In this document: positions 48,548 to 59,535 of the stretch, piece by piece
How positions within the stretch are numbered: the stretch's first letter is position 1
How the letters are laid out: every line of letters begins with the position of its first letter
Origin: an uncultured delta proteobacterium
GTDB lineage: Bacteria > Desulfobacterota > Binatia > DP-6
Assembly (NCBI GenBank): GCA_963811605.1
Contig: CAWESA010000006.1
Span: 837-64,836, forward strand
Reading direction: 5' to 3'
DNA: 64,000 nucleotides
Position numbers and translations under genes: made by a program
Notes under the pieces: model-generated
The model's database searches: none
Told to the model about the DNA's origin: nothing
The model's input: the letters and a program-made list of their open reading frames with translations, nothing else

Positions 48548-49890
48548 CTCGCGGCTGAGCGCCATCATTGAGAGCTGCTTGAGGCGCGCCCACAACCATT
48601 TCAGCTGTCGTTGCCGCATTGCCCGCTCCTTGGCGACGCGGCTGGCGCTGTCGGCGAAAACATAGAGTTCGCCGTCGCGCGGCAAGAGCTTGACCCGGAC
48701 CCCCGGCCGGGCCTGCTGCCAGGGCTTCGCGAGGAGGTCCTTCTCCAATCGGGTCAGGCGGCCCTTGGGCGTGCCGACGAGGTATTGGACCGGGGGATCG
48801 GCCCCCCGCATCTCGGCCAGCACCACCTCGGTCGGGATTCCGCGATCCATCAACCAGATGCGCCGCGCCTTGCCGTACTGCCGCTCGATCCGCGCCAGGA
48901 AGTCGCGCAAGGTGGTGTTGTCGGCGGTGTTGCCAGGCAGCACCTCGTAGGCCAGCGGCAACCCCTCCGGGGTCACCACCAAGGCGATGACGACCTGCAC
49001 GCAGTCCGGCCGGTGGTCGCGCGAATAGCCGTGGCGTCGCTTGTCGCTTTCGGCAAACGGCGGATCGGCCTCGAAATAGGTGCTGGTCAGATCGTAGAGC
49101 AGTACATCGAAGCTGATGTTGAACAGGTCGCGCCAGCGCCCGACCAGATGATCGAACAACGCCTGCTTGTGTTCGAGCAGCCGGTCGTGACAGCGATACA
49201 GCTTGTGGATTTCGGCCAGCCCGAGGTCTTCGCCGAGCAGATCGGCCATGGCACTGCGCTCAAACCATTCGCGGTGCAACCGCCACTCGCTGCCCGGCGC
49301 CAGCAGCCGGTAGGTCGCCAGCAGTAGCAGCACCCGGTCCCACCGCGTGCCCTTGCGGCTCGGCGGCAGCCGTCCGCCCCAAAAACCATCGAGCTCAAGC
49401 TCGCGCCACAAGCTCAGCGCCAACCAGCATCCGCCCCACTGGCGCGGTCGGCACAACCGCAGTTCGTTTAGCCGCAACCGAACAATCGAGGCGTCCGGCA
49501 GCAATCCCTCGCAACGGTCCTCCGGAAACAGCGACAGCGTGCGCGGCTGCAGTGCCCCTTCCTCCAGGATGGCGATTGACTTGCGCCAAGCCAGTTCCTG
49601 CAAATCGTTGATTTCGCCCAGGTACAGCAGCGGCCGCTGCACCACCCGGCCGCCGCCGATCCGGCAATTCTCCACAATGCTCCAATAACGGTGCTCCTTG
49701 CCGTCCTTCTTGCGCTTGGTGTGCCGGAGAAACATGACGGCTGCGCATTATAAAGGCGGCCACTACCCGGGAAATGACCTTGGTCTTCACTACACGGCTT
49801 TACCGCCGATTGTGACCTCCTGCCCCTATTCCGATCAGTTACTTGGGACGCGAAAATTCTGGTGCCCCGGAGCCAATCGGCCAAGTCAGG
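48548..49890 (-). mobile_element. IS1634-family element, 3'-truncated (transposase 49735 to about 48548, roughly 396 codons)
   Basis: MFLRHTKRKKDGKEHRYWSIVE, LLYDLTSTYFE, RDHRPDCVQVVIAL, WLMDRGIPT. The C-terminal catalytic-Glu region and right end are absent. Putative left end CCTGACTTGG at 49890-49881 is tentative. Confidence 0.88.
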
Positions 49891-49899
49891 TTAGCTTCG

Positions 49900-50237
49900 A
49901 GGACAGGGCGGCAATCCCGCCTACAACGTCAAAACCTACCGGAACCGGAACAACGCCGTCTGGGAAGGGAAAGTGGACGCCAACTCCAGCCAGGTCATCG
50001 GTCAGGGCAAGACCATTCTCGAAGCCAGCTCGACCCGGAGTACAGAGCCGAACATAAAGGCCTCCAGAGCGCTAAGGTGTCGCTCTCGCAAGCCGTGGGA
50101 ATGGCCGAAAAGCACGCCAACGGCAAGGCGATGAACTCCGGCGCGAGGAACGCAACGGCAAAATAGCGTACGAGATCGAAATCGTGAAGAACGGCGCGAT
50201 TCAGACCATGACGGTCGATCCGGCGAGCGGTCAGTAA
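49900..50237 (+). pseudogene. PepSY-domain protein remnant (frameshifted)
   Basis: AKVSLSQAVGMAEKHANGKAM in one frame and ERNGKIAYEIEIVKNG...VDPASG* in another. Confidence 0.6.
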
Positions 50238-50333
50238 CCTCCGGATAAAACGAGCTCCGATCGCCAGCGTGGTCACAAGGCATAGTTCCGGAAACGAAAC
50301 GTGACAGAGCAGAGCGAAGCAACGGAGCGTATC

Positions 50334-51369
50334 ATGGCTGAACCCTTCGGCAAAACTTCAGACGGAAGAACGGCCAGTCTTCATACCCTGATAAATGCAA
50401 ATATTCGGGTCCGAAATCACCGACTTCGGCGGGCGCATCGTTTCGATCGAGGTGCCCGACAGGGCGGGTAAGCGCGATCACGTGGTGCTCGGTTTCGATA
50501 GCGTCCATCAATACGTTTCTGCCGGCGGTTGTTTTGGTGCGCTGCTCGGCCGCACCGCCAACCGGATCGGCGGCGGCGCTTTTACCCTCGACGGGCGCAT
50601 GTATCACCTTTCGAAGAACGAGGGCAACGCCACCCTACACGGCGGGCGGGCTGGGTTGGACAAACTCTTTTGGCAGGTCGAGGAGGCCAATACCGCTCGT
50701 CTTGTCCTTAGCATTATCAGCCCCGATGGCGATCAAGGCTTTCCGGGAGAGCTGTCGGTCAGAGCCAGCTATCGGCTGGAGGCCAACACCTTGTGGCTGG
50801 TTCTGGAAGCCGGCACCGACAGACCCACTCCGGTCAGCCTCAGTGCTCATCCCTATTTCAATCTCGCCGGCCTCGCTGCCGGCGATGTCCTCGAGCACCA
50901 GATAGAAGTCAATGCCGATGCGTACCTGCCGACCGATGCAACACAAATTCCCACGGGCGAAATCCGGCCCGTGAACGGAACAGTTTTCGATTTTCGTCAG
51001 TCCATCCCGATTGGCTCACGCATTCGTCACGCCGATCAGCAACTGATCTTTGGAAAGGGCTATGACCATTATTTTGTGCTTGGTGCAGCTGACGGAGACC
51101 ACCCCCGTCTAGCCGCGCGAGTTCACGAGCCCGGAAGCCGGCGAACCCTCGAAGTCTTGACCACACATCCGGGAACGCAATTCTACACGGGCAATAATCT
51201 GAACGGTTCGGTCGCTGGACGCGGCGGCGCCTATCGTCAGTCTGCTGGGTTTGCCGTCGAACCGCAGGGCTTCCCGGACGCACCAAACCGGCCCGAATTC
51301 CCGAGCACAGTCTTGCATCCGGGCAGCACTTATCGGGAGGTTATAGGCTACCGGTTCACGACAGATTGA
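50334..51369 (+). CDS. galM: Aldose 1-epimerase (mutarotase) with a +1 frameshift near 50410
   Basis: MAEPFGKT from 50334, then EITDFGGRI, GRTANRI, LHGG, HPYFNL, QFYTGN, AVEPQ in the 50395 frame. Confidence 0.88.
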
Positions 51370-51815
51370 CCATCCTGCAGGCCAGCCGTTCTGTCGATTG
51401 CCTGCTCCCGGACGATAAGTCCGCCTCGAACGCACTAAAGAGCGCCGAACCCTCTTTCATGACGCTGACCTCTTCGGAGCCGACTTTTGCCCTCCCGGGC
51501 GCTTTGAGGCGCGGAGCGACCGCTGGGCACGATGCCGTCATTCAACAAAGTCGTTTCACGCAAATCAATTCGATTGGAAAGCAATTGCGTGAGCTCCTTG
51601 GAACGGCGGGTGCTTGCTGGCGTTGAGTGGATGGGCCCGCCGAAGTAGGCGATGACGACAGCACTCGGCAAATCATTCACGATCAGGTGAAAGCCCGGAC
51701 CCGGACAAGGCTGAAGACGAGCTGCGGGCTTCGCTGCAGTGAGCGGTCCGGGGAGCGGTGCGGTGGCGGCCGAGCTTTTCAAAGTGGCCGAACAGCATGA
51801 AGCGCGAGGTATGGC

Positions 51816-53610
51816 ATGGCCAAGACAGTAAGTGACTTTTTCTGGGAGCGGCTTTCCGCGTGGGGCGTAAAGCGGATCTTCGGGTTCCCCGGCGATGGCA
51901 TAAACGGCCTTATCGGCGCCCTCGCCCGCGCGAGCGAGCGCTTCGATTTTGTCCAGGTGCGGCACGAGGAGATGGCCGCCTTTATGGCCTGCGGTCACGC
52001 CAAGTTCACCGGCGAGCTAGGCGTCTGCCTCGCCACCTCGGGGCCAGGCGCCATCCACCTGCTGAACGGCCTCTACGACGCTCAGATGGACCACCAGCCA
52101 GTGCTGGCCATCGTCGGGCAGCAGGCGCTCACCGCATTGGGCGGCAACTATCAGCAGGAGGTCGATCTGGTCTCGCTGTTCAAGGATGTCGCCGGCGAGT
52201 ATGTCCATATGGCGACGGAGCCAGCGCAAGTTCGCCAGCTGATCGATCGCGCGGTGAGGATCGCCTTGGCGGAACGCACCGTCACCTGCGTCATCATGCC
52301 GAACGATTTGCAGGAAATGGACGCGGTCGAAGTCGCCGCCGCGGAAACACGGCGCAATTCTGACCGGCATCGGTTACCAGGCGCCGGAAATCCTGCCGGC
52401 CCAGAAAGACCTCGAACGCGCCGCCCGGGTGCTCAATGAGGGGACGAAGGTGGCGATCCTCGTCGGGGCCGGAGCGCTCCACGCTACCGACGAGGTTATC
52501 CAAACCGCCGACAAGCTCGGCGCCGGCGTAGCCAAGGCGCTGCTCGGGAAAGCGGCATTGCCCGACGATTTGCCGTTCGTGACCGGCTCGATCGGATTGC
52601 TCGGCACCCGGCCGAGCTACGAGATGATGATGGAGTGCGACACCTTCTTCATGATCGGGTCGCGCTTTCCCGTACACCGAATTCCTCCCCGAGGAAGGCC
52701 AGGCGCGCGGCGTGCAGATCGACCTCGATCCGCCGCATGGTCAGCATGCGCTATCCGATGGAGGTCAACCTGATCGGGGACAGCGCAGCAACGTTGCGCA
52801 AGCTGCTGCCGCTCCTTGACCACAAGCCGGACCGTTCCTGGCGCGAGACGATCGAGAAGAATGTCGCGAGCTGGTGGGAGGTGCTGGAGAACCGGGCGAT
52901 GAACGACGCCAATCCGATCAACCCGCAGCGGGTTTACTGGGAATTGTCACCGCGCTTGCCCGAGAACTGCATCATCGCCTGCGACACCGGTTCGGGGACT
53001 AACTGGTATGCCCGCGACGTCAAGATCCGCCGCGGTATGATGGCTTCGGTGTCCGGCTCGCTGGCGACGATGGGGCCGCGGCATGCCCTACGCTATCGCC
53101 GCGAAATTTGCCTATCCCGACCGGGTCGTTTTGGCCCTTGTCGGCGATGGCGCGCTGCAGATGAACGGCATGAACGAGCTGATCACGGTCGCCAAGTACT
53201 GGAAGAAGTGGAGCGATCCGCGGCTCGTCATCCTCGCTCTCAACAACCGCGATCTCAATCAGGTTACCTGGGAGATGCGCGCGCAGGCGGGCGACCCGAA
53301 ATTCGAGGCATCGCAGGACGTGCCCGACTTCCGCTACTCGCAATATGCCGAGCAGCTCGGGCTGAAGGGCGTTTTTGTCGATCGGCCAGATCAGCTCGGC
53401 GCCGCCTGGGAAGCCGCTTTTGCGGCGGATCGACCATTTGTGCTCGAGGCTTATACCGATCCCGACGTGCCGCCATTGCCGCCGCATATCACTTTGAAGC
53501 AGGCCAAGGCCTTCGCCTCGACCCTGGTGAAGGGCGATCCCAACGAGTGGCACGTGATCAAGGAGACTGCCAAGGAGTTGGTTTCCGATCTGCTGCCGAG
53601 CCGCAGCTGA
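51816..53610 (+). pseudogene. Thiamine-diphosphate-dependent enzyme (pyruvate oxidase/PoxB-like) with four +1 frameshifts
   Basis: RHEEMAAF, GPGAIHLLNGLYDA, GDGALQM...NN; shifts near 52333, 52671, 52731 and 53078 restore one ORF. Possibly sequencing errors. Confidence 0.85.
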
Positions 53611-53711
53611 TTACGCGGCCCGGCCGTAATGGAAGGAGGCGTAAGTATAGCGCCGTCCCGGCGCCGCGCCGCCGGGACCATCCCGGCGCAGCCGCTGCAG
53701 CGGCGCTCGTC

Positions 53712-54642
53712 GATGCAGCGGCGAGTCGGCGCTGGGGTGCTGGCGGCCGGCCTTGCAGCGCTGGGCGCGATCCTGATCTATCGCCTGACCGAGAGGGCGC
53801 GCAAGACGGTCCCGGAGACGACCGAGGCCGAGCCCGAGTTCATCGGGGCAGCGCGCCGCCTTAACGGCGCCGCCGCGATCCTCTCCTTTAGCGTGCTGAC
53901 CGACAGCGCCATCGAGCATTACCGCGGCGCCTTTCACAATCCGGCCATGTACACCGCGCCGGCCGTCGCCGCGGCCTCGCTCGCCAACAGCCTGCAAATG
54001 ACATTGACCCCGGCGCATTTCGGGGTCGGCTCGAACGGCGTTGTGCGGCCTATCCCTTGTCACCGGCCTCACCGGCACCGGCTTTCATCTCTACAATGTT
54101 GCGAAACGGGATGGCGGGTTTGACCTGTTGAACCTGTTCTACGGCGCGCCGCTCGGCGCCCCGATGGCGATCGCTCTGGCTGGGCTGGCCGGCCTTGCCG
54201 CCTCGCGCCTCGTCGTCGAAGCCGAGGGGCGGGAAGCCGCGACCCTGCTCGGTCAGCCCGCCGGGACGCTGCTCGCTCTCGGCGCCGCAGCAGGCCTTGT
54301 CGGGACGGTCGGCAGAAGCGGCGCTGCTCCATTTTCGCGGCGCCTTTCACGACCCTTTCATGTTCCTGCCGGTCACGATACCGCCGGCGACCGCCGTGTT
54401 GCTTGCTGCGGCAACGATTTGGCCAGAGCTTTGTCCCTTTGCTCGGCCAATGCTGTGGGCGACTGCGCTGCTCGGGATCGCCGGGGCGGGATTCCACGCC
54501 TATGGCGTGCAGCGCAATATGGGGGGCTTCTACAATTGGAGTCAGAACATGCTGCAACGGGCCGCCGCTGCCCGCGCCGCCTTCTTTCACTGGCGTGGCT
54601 CTGGCTGGCCTTGCTGCGGTCAAGCTGATGGAAGCGGCATGA
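53712..54642 (+). pseudogene. Internally duplicated membrane protein with at least three frameshifts
   Basis: Repeat pairs EHYRGAFHNPAMY/LHFRGAFHDPFMF, GFHLYNV/GFHAYGV, YGAPLGAP/NGPPLPAP; final TGA overlaps the next ATG. Confidence 0.7.
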
Positions 54643-55262
54643 GCGAAGTCTTCCGAGACCGGTTTCCGGCCTACGATGTCCTCGACAAATGGGACACGCC
54701 GTCATGGAACGAGCAGACCCGAGCAGTCGTCAACAAACGGTTGCACCAAGTGCCCGACCGCCGGTTCTTCACTGAGACCGAATGGGCCATCCTGAGCGCG
54801 GTGTGCGATCGCCTGATCCCGCAGCCCGATCGGCCGCAATCACCGGTTCCGATCGTGCCGTTCATCGACGAGAAACTGTTCAAGAACCAAGGCAATGGTT
54901 ACCGGTATGACGGGATGCCGCCGATGCGGGACGCGTGGCGGCAGGGCATCAAGGCGATTGACGAGGAGGCCCGGGCCCGTTGGGGGGGCGGGTTCCGCGA
55001 GGTGGCGCACAATCAGCAGGACGCTGTGCTGCGCGCGATCCAACACAACGATACCCGCAGTCCGGCTTGGCAAGGTTTGCCGCCAAAGCGCTTTTTCTCC
55101 AGCGTCTTGTTGCGCGACGTCGTGAGCGTCTACTACGCGCATCCGGCCGCCTGGAGCGAGATCGGTTTTGGCGGCCCGGCCTCGCCGCGCGGCTATGTGC
55201 GGCTCGGCTTCGACCGGCGGGACCCGTGGGAAGCGGAAGAGAGCCATGCCCGACAGCCCTAA
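54639..55262 (+). CDS. Gluconate 2-dehydrogenase subunit 3-family protein
   Basis: AVCDRLIPQ, PFIDEKL, YYAHPAAWSEIGFGGPASPRGY motifs. Confidence 0.85.
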   Translation: MSEVFRDRFPAYDVLDKWDTPSWNEQTRAVVNKRLHQVPDRRFFTETEWAILSAVCDRLIPQPDRPQSPVPIVPFIDEKLFKNQGNGYRYDGMPPMRDAWRQGIKAIDEEARARWGGGFREVAHNQQDAVLRAIQHNDTRSPAWQGLPPKRFFSSVLLRDVVSVYYAHPAAWSEIGFGGPASPRGYVRLGFDRRDPWEAEESHARQP

Positions 55263-56890
55263 CGAGAACCCCCGGGCAAAGGACGGGCGCGCGCCGGACG
55301 TATTTCGTCGCGGCGGCTGGGTTCCGATGCGCTGTTATCGCGACGAGCACGAGGTTGATTTTGCGATCGTCGGCACTGGAGCGGGGGGCGGTACGCTCGC
55401 CTGCATTCTCGCAGAAGCTGGCTTCTCGGTGGTAGCGCTCGATGTCGGCACCTTCTGGCGACCACTCGAGGATTTCGCTTCAGACGAGTACGAGCAGGAA
55501 AAGCTCTATTGGCTCGGCGAGCGCATCACCGGCGGTGACGATCCGATCGAGCTCGGCAGCAACAATAGCGGCCAGAGCGTTGGCGGCAGCACCGTCCATT
55601 TCCAGATGGTGTCATTGCGCCTGGGTCCGCGCCGCTTCAAGGCCCGCTCGCAGCTCGGTTACGCCGTCGACTGGCCGATCTCGCCCGAGGAGATGTGGCA
55701 CTACTACGATTTGACCGAAGATGCGTTGAAGATCTCCGGTCCAGTGAATTACCCTTGGGGCCCGCCGCGTCGTCGCTATCCGTATCGTCAGCATGAGGTC
55801 AACGCGGCGGGACTCGTCCTGGCACGCGGCTGCGAAGCCCTCGGGATCAAATGGGCAGCGACCCCGCTCGCGACGATTTCGGCTCCGCGCGGCAAGTCTC
55901 ACCCCTGCGTTTACCGTGGGTTCTGCAAGACCGGCTGTTCAACCAATGCCAAACAGAGCGCGCTCGTCACTTGGATCCCGCGCGCCATTCATGCTGGTGC
56001 CGAGATCCGCGATCTGGCAATGGTCGGCCGGATCGGGGTCGGGCGCGACGGGAAGGTCACCGGTCTGGACTACCACCGCGAAGGCCAGTGGCGCCGGCAG
56101 CAGGCCAAAAACGTCGTCGTCGCCGGCTACGCAATCGAAACGCCGCGCCTGCTGCTGAACTCCGCCTGCCCGGAATTTCCCGACGGGCTCGCCAACAGCA
56201 GCGGCATGGTCGGAAAATTCCTGATGACGCAGTCGAACCACGCTGCCTACGGCACCTTCGAGGAGGAGATCCGCTGGTACAAGGGCCCCCCGTCATTGGC
56301 GATCACCGAGCACTGGAACTACACGGATACCGGTAAGGATTTCCCTGGCGGATACGCTTACATGAGCCAGGGGCCTTTGCCGATCGATTGGGCGCATACG
56401 GTAACGGGCCAGCGCGGCCTCTGGGGCATCGCAGCTGCGCAACGAGATGGCGAAGTACAATCACCAGGCCGGACTGAAGATTGTCGGCGAGGTGCTGCCT
56501 CAGGAGCGTAATCGTGTCGAACTGGCGGACGAAACCGACGAATACGGTCTGCGCATTCCGCGCGTCGTCTTTTCCTATGCCGAGGAAGACAGGAAGCTCT
56601 ACGAACACGCACTGCGGTTCATGAGCCGACGCACTGGAGGCCGCCGGCGGAAAGATATCTGGCGCACCGAGGACACGTGTCACCTGCTCGGCACCTGCCG
56701 GATGGGCAGCAATCCCAAGGACAGCGTCACCAATGCCGACGGGCGTTGCTGGGATATACCCAATCTTTGGGTCTGCGACGGTTCGCTGTTTCCGACGAGC
56801 GGCGGGGTGAACCCATCGCTGACGATCCAGGCGCTCGCTTGGCGGATCGGCGACCGCATTCGCGAGCTCGCGCGCCGCGGCGAGTTGTGA
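55246..56890 (+). CDS. GMC-family flavoprotein oxidoreductase with a +1 frameshift near 56431 and a compensated shift near 56630
   Basis: IVGTGAGGG, VGGSTVH, GYAIETPRLLLNS, HLLGTCRMG, NLWVCDGS.FPTSGGVNPSLTI. Confidence 0.88.
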
Positions 56891-57025
56891 GGGCGACTGA
56901 GATGGACCAGATCGAGCACTTGCCGCGAAGAACGGCCGCGCGACCGCGCGCTAAGCGCCGGATCCCGGAAGGACAACTGGGACAAGGCCGGTTGGCGCGG
57001 AGGGGCCGCGCTCGCGGCGTTCGGA

Positions 57026-58360
57026 TTGGCTGCCGGCGCTGCTGGCGCTTGCCAACCGGCGCGCGATGCGCGCCGGGGCGGGCGGGTGGCGCCAGCCTTC
57101 GCCCCTGCCGAAAGGACCCTCGCATGGAGCTCGCCTGCCGTCCTCGGCAGGAGTCCGCAGCGCCGGTTCTACGCCGGCAGCAATCTCGACCGGGCGGTCA
57201 CGATCGAGGATTTGCGCGCCATGGCGCATCGCCGCCTGCCGGGCTTCGTGCTCGAATATCTCGAAGCCGGCGGCGAGGACGAGGCGACGCTGTCGCGCAA
57301 TATCGCCGCCCTTGCGGAGTGGCGTTTTCTCCACCGCTCATTGGTCGACGTCTCGCGGCGCGACGTCTCTACGGGGTTGTTCGGGCGCAAAATGGCGATC
57401 CCGGTAATCGTCGCGCCCACCGGCCTCAACGGGCTCTTCTGGCCCCATGCCGATTTGAGGCTGGCCGAGGCGGCTGCCGCGGCCGGCGTTCCATTCGCCC
57501 AGAGCACGATGTCGAACGATGGCATGTCCAGGGTCGCCCGCGTGCCAGGGCTGCGCTATTGGTGGCAGCTCTATGTCTTCGGCCCGCCCGAAGTGCGCGA
57601 GACGCTGATCGAGCGGGCGCGGAATGCCGGCTGTGAGGCACTGATCGTCACTGTCGATGCGCAGATTTACGGCAACCGCGAGTGGCACAAGCGCACCACC
57701 TCGGACCCGAAATCACTGACCTGGAGTTCTAAACTCGATGCGCTGATGCACCCGCGCTGGCTGTCGGCCGGGATATTGACCCACGGCATGCCGCGCTTCG
57801 AAAATGTCATCCAGTTCGTGCCAAAGGGCAGGCGCGGGTTTTTTGACAGCGCGCACTGGATCCGCTCGCAGATGGATCGGGCGTTGTCGTGGGATACATT
57901 GGCACGAATCCGTGATCGTTGGGATCGCAAGTTGATCATCAAGGGCCTGCTGAGCGTCGACGACGTTGTGCGCGCTGCCGAGATCGGCGCCGACGCCGTC
58001 GTGATCTCGAACCATGGCGGGCGGCAGCTCGATTGGGCAGTGGCGCCGCTCGACCTTCTTCCGTCGGCGCGTCAGGCGGTTGGTGACCGGATTACGATCC
58101 TGGTCGACGGCGGTATGCGTCGCGGTACCGACGTGATCAAGGCAGTGGCGCTGGGCGCCGATGCGGTGCTGGCCGGGCGCGCTGTGCTGTACGGCGTTGC
58201 TGCCGCCGGTAAAGAAGGCGCGCAGCGGGCGCTCGGAATACTGCAAGAAGAAATCGTCCGAGACCTCGGCCTTTTGGGCGTCCCCTCGATGGCCGAACTC
58301 AGCCCGCGTTTGCTGGTTCGTTCCGGCTCGAGCAAGCTCGAATTCCGGGGCGTCGCGTGA
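57026..58360 (+). CDS. FMN-dependent alpha-hydroxy-acid oxidase/dehydrogenase (lactate/mandelate type); start uncertain
   Basis: YLEAGGEDE, APTGLNG, LIVTVD, KLIIKG, SNHGGRQLD, DGGMRRGTD. Confidence 0.9.
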   Translation: MAAGAAGACQPARDARRGGRVAPAFAPAERTLAWSSPAVLGRSPQRRFYAGSNLDRAVTIEDLRAMAHRRLPGFVLEYLEAGGEDEATLSRNIAALAEWRFLHRSLVDVSRRDVSTGLFGRKMAIPVIVAPTGLNGLFWPHADLRLAEAAAAAGVPFAQSTMSNDGMSRVARVPGLRYWWQLYVFGPPEVRETLIERARNAGCEALIVTVDAQIYGNREWHKRTTSDPKSLTWSSKLDALMHPRWLSAGILTHGMPRFENVIQFVPKGRRGFFDSAHWIRSQMDRALSWDTLARIRDRWDRKLIIKGLLSVDDVVRAAEIGADAVVISNHGGRQLDWAVAPLDLLPSARQAVGDRITILVDGGMRRGTDVIKAVALGADAVLAGRAVLYGVAAAGKEGAQRALGILQEEIVRDLGLLGVPSMAELSPRLLVRSGSSKLEFRGVA

Positions 58361-58397
58361 GAGTTGGCGGATGGCGCCGGGAGAAAATGGACCAGGC

Positions 58398-58943
58398 ATG
58401 AGGGACGTGAACCGGTTCCGGCCGATGCCGTCGCACCTCATCACCCACGAAGGCCCCGCCTTTGTGATCACCGATCTCGACGGTTTTATCGGCAGGGGGA
58501 TTGAAGGCTTCTATTATCAGCAGACCCGGTTCTTGTCGAAGATGCGCTTCGCCGTCGACGGCGCGGCACCGTTGGGCGTATCGGCCAACTCGGTCGACAG
58601 CTATTCGTCGATTGCTTATTACCTCGCGGCCTCGCCCGTAGGCCGGCGGGCTGGTCCCGTGCCCGACAAAGGTGAGAAGGGTGGGGGCGAAATGGGGTGA
58701 GCGCCGACAAGACGCGCCGATCCCGATCGCCGACATCGCCTATCACAACCTCCATGCAATCTTACCCCGTGACTGACGTGTATTAGGCTGTCGATCCGTA
58801 CACCAGGTGAAGATCGTGGTGCATACCACCGCCGACAAAACGGTTGATCTGCACCTCGATACCGTGGCGGACCTTGGTCGGCTTCGCTGAGGTTCCCAGG
58901 ACAGCACGATTTCCGCCGGTGCGAGGGCATGATTGGTCACATG
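58398..58943. pseudogene. Scrambled remnant of a glycogen-debranching-enzyme N-terminal domain (GDE_N_bis-like)
   Basis: Plus strand: EGFYYQQTRFLSK...GGGEM then GERRQDAPI. Minus strand: HVTNHALAPAEIVLSWE, LSEADQ, VRHGIEVQINRFVGGGMHHDLH. Confidence 0.65.
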
Positions 58944-59033
58944 GTTGTTGTCGCCCTGGAAACGGCCGTTGCCGCTCAAGAGACGCTTGTCCTCGAAACG
59001 CCGCACCGGCTGCCCAATTCCGAACTCGCCCAT
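58944..59033 (-). pseudogene. 30-codon 5' stub of a xanthine-dehydrogenase/CoxL-family molybdopterin large subunit
   Basis: MGEFGIGQPVRRFEDKRLLSGNGRFQGD matches the family N-terminal pattern; GGAGAG upstream. Confidence 0.7.
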
Positions 59034-59084
59034 TACTTGACCCGCTCTCCATGGTGGCAGGGAAACCCGTGCTCCAGTGAGCTC

Positions 59085-59225
59085 CTACAATTGCGCGACA
59101 TCGGCACGGGCGCAATCCTCGACCTGTTGAGTGGTCCCCCCGTTGACGCCGCAGGCGCCCTCGAGGACGCCGTTACGAATGATCGGCACCACTCCCTCCC
59201 ACGAGGGGGTCCCCTGGTCGGCGCG
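59085..59225 (-). pseudogene. 3' fragment of a GlcG/HbpS heme-binding protein
   Basis: WEGVVPIIRNGVLEGACGVNGGTTQQVEDCARADVAQL* resembles the GGVPI...G.IGVSGG...D..CA pattern. Confidence 0.6.
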
Positions 59226-59329
59226 CTCCGCCACTTCGCCGCTCGCGCGCGCCAAATGCAGCCGAGACGACGCCCTTCCCTGGCTGGCATGACGGCTTGT
59301 TCGACCTTTCCGCCCTTCCCCGCTCGGGA

Positions 59330-59375
59330 GGGACCGGGGGTTCGAATCCGCCTTCCTGCAGAGAGCCTGCGAACC
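59330..59375 (+). repeat. tRNA-3'-end-like dispersed repeat, copy 1
   Basis: GGGACCGGGGGTTCGAATCCGCCTTCCTGCAGAGAGCCTGCGAACC. Confidence 0.65.
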
Positions 59376-59408
59376 AAGGGTTCCTCAGCTGCAGAGTCCA
59401 TCCGTGGG

Positions 59409-59535
59409 CCGGCAGAGGAAGCATATCGCGTCCGGTGGAAGTTGCCAGCGGATCACCCAATCACCGCGCCGGCCTACTCGGAACGGCGTTCGACGCTGGC
59501 AAAGCGGATCGGTCCCGGTCGCAGACCCAAGAAGC
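59409..59535 (+). pseudogene. 3' fragment of a MucR/Ros zinc-finger regulator
   Basis: EEAYRVRWKLPADHPITAPAYSERRSTLAKRIGPGR matches the YR..W.LP.DYP..AP.Y...RS.LAK..GLG pattern; the N-terminus is missing. Confidence 0.75.
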
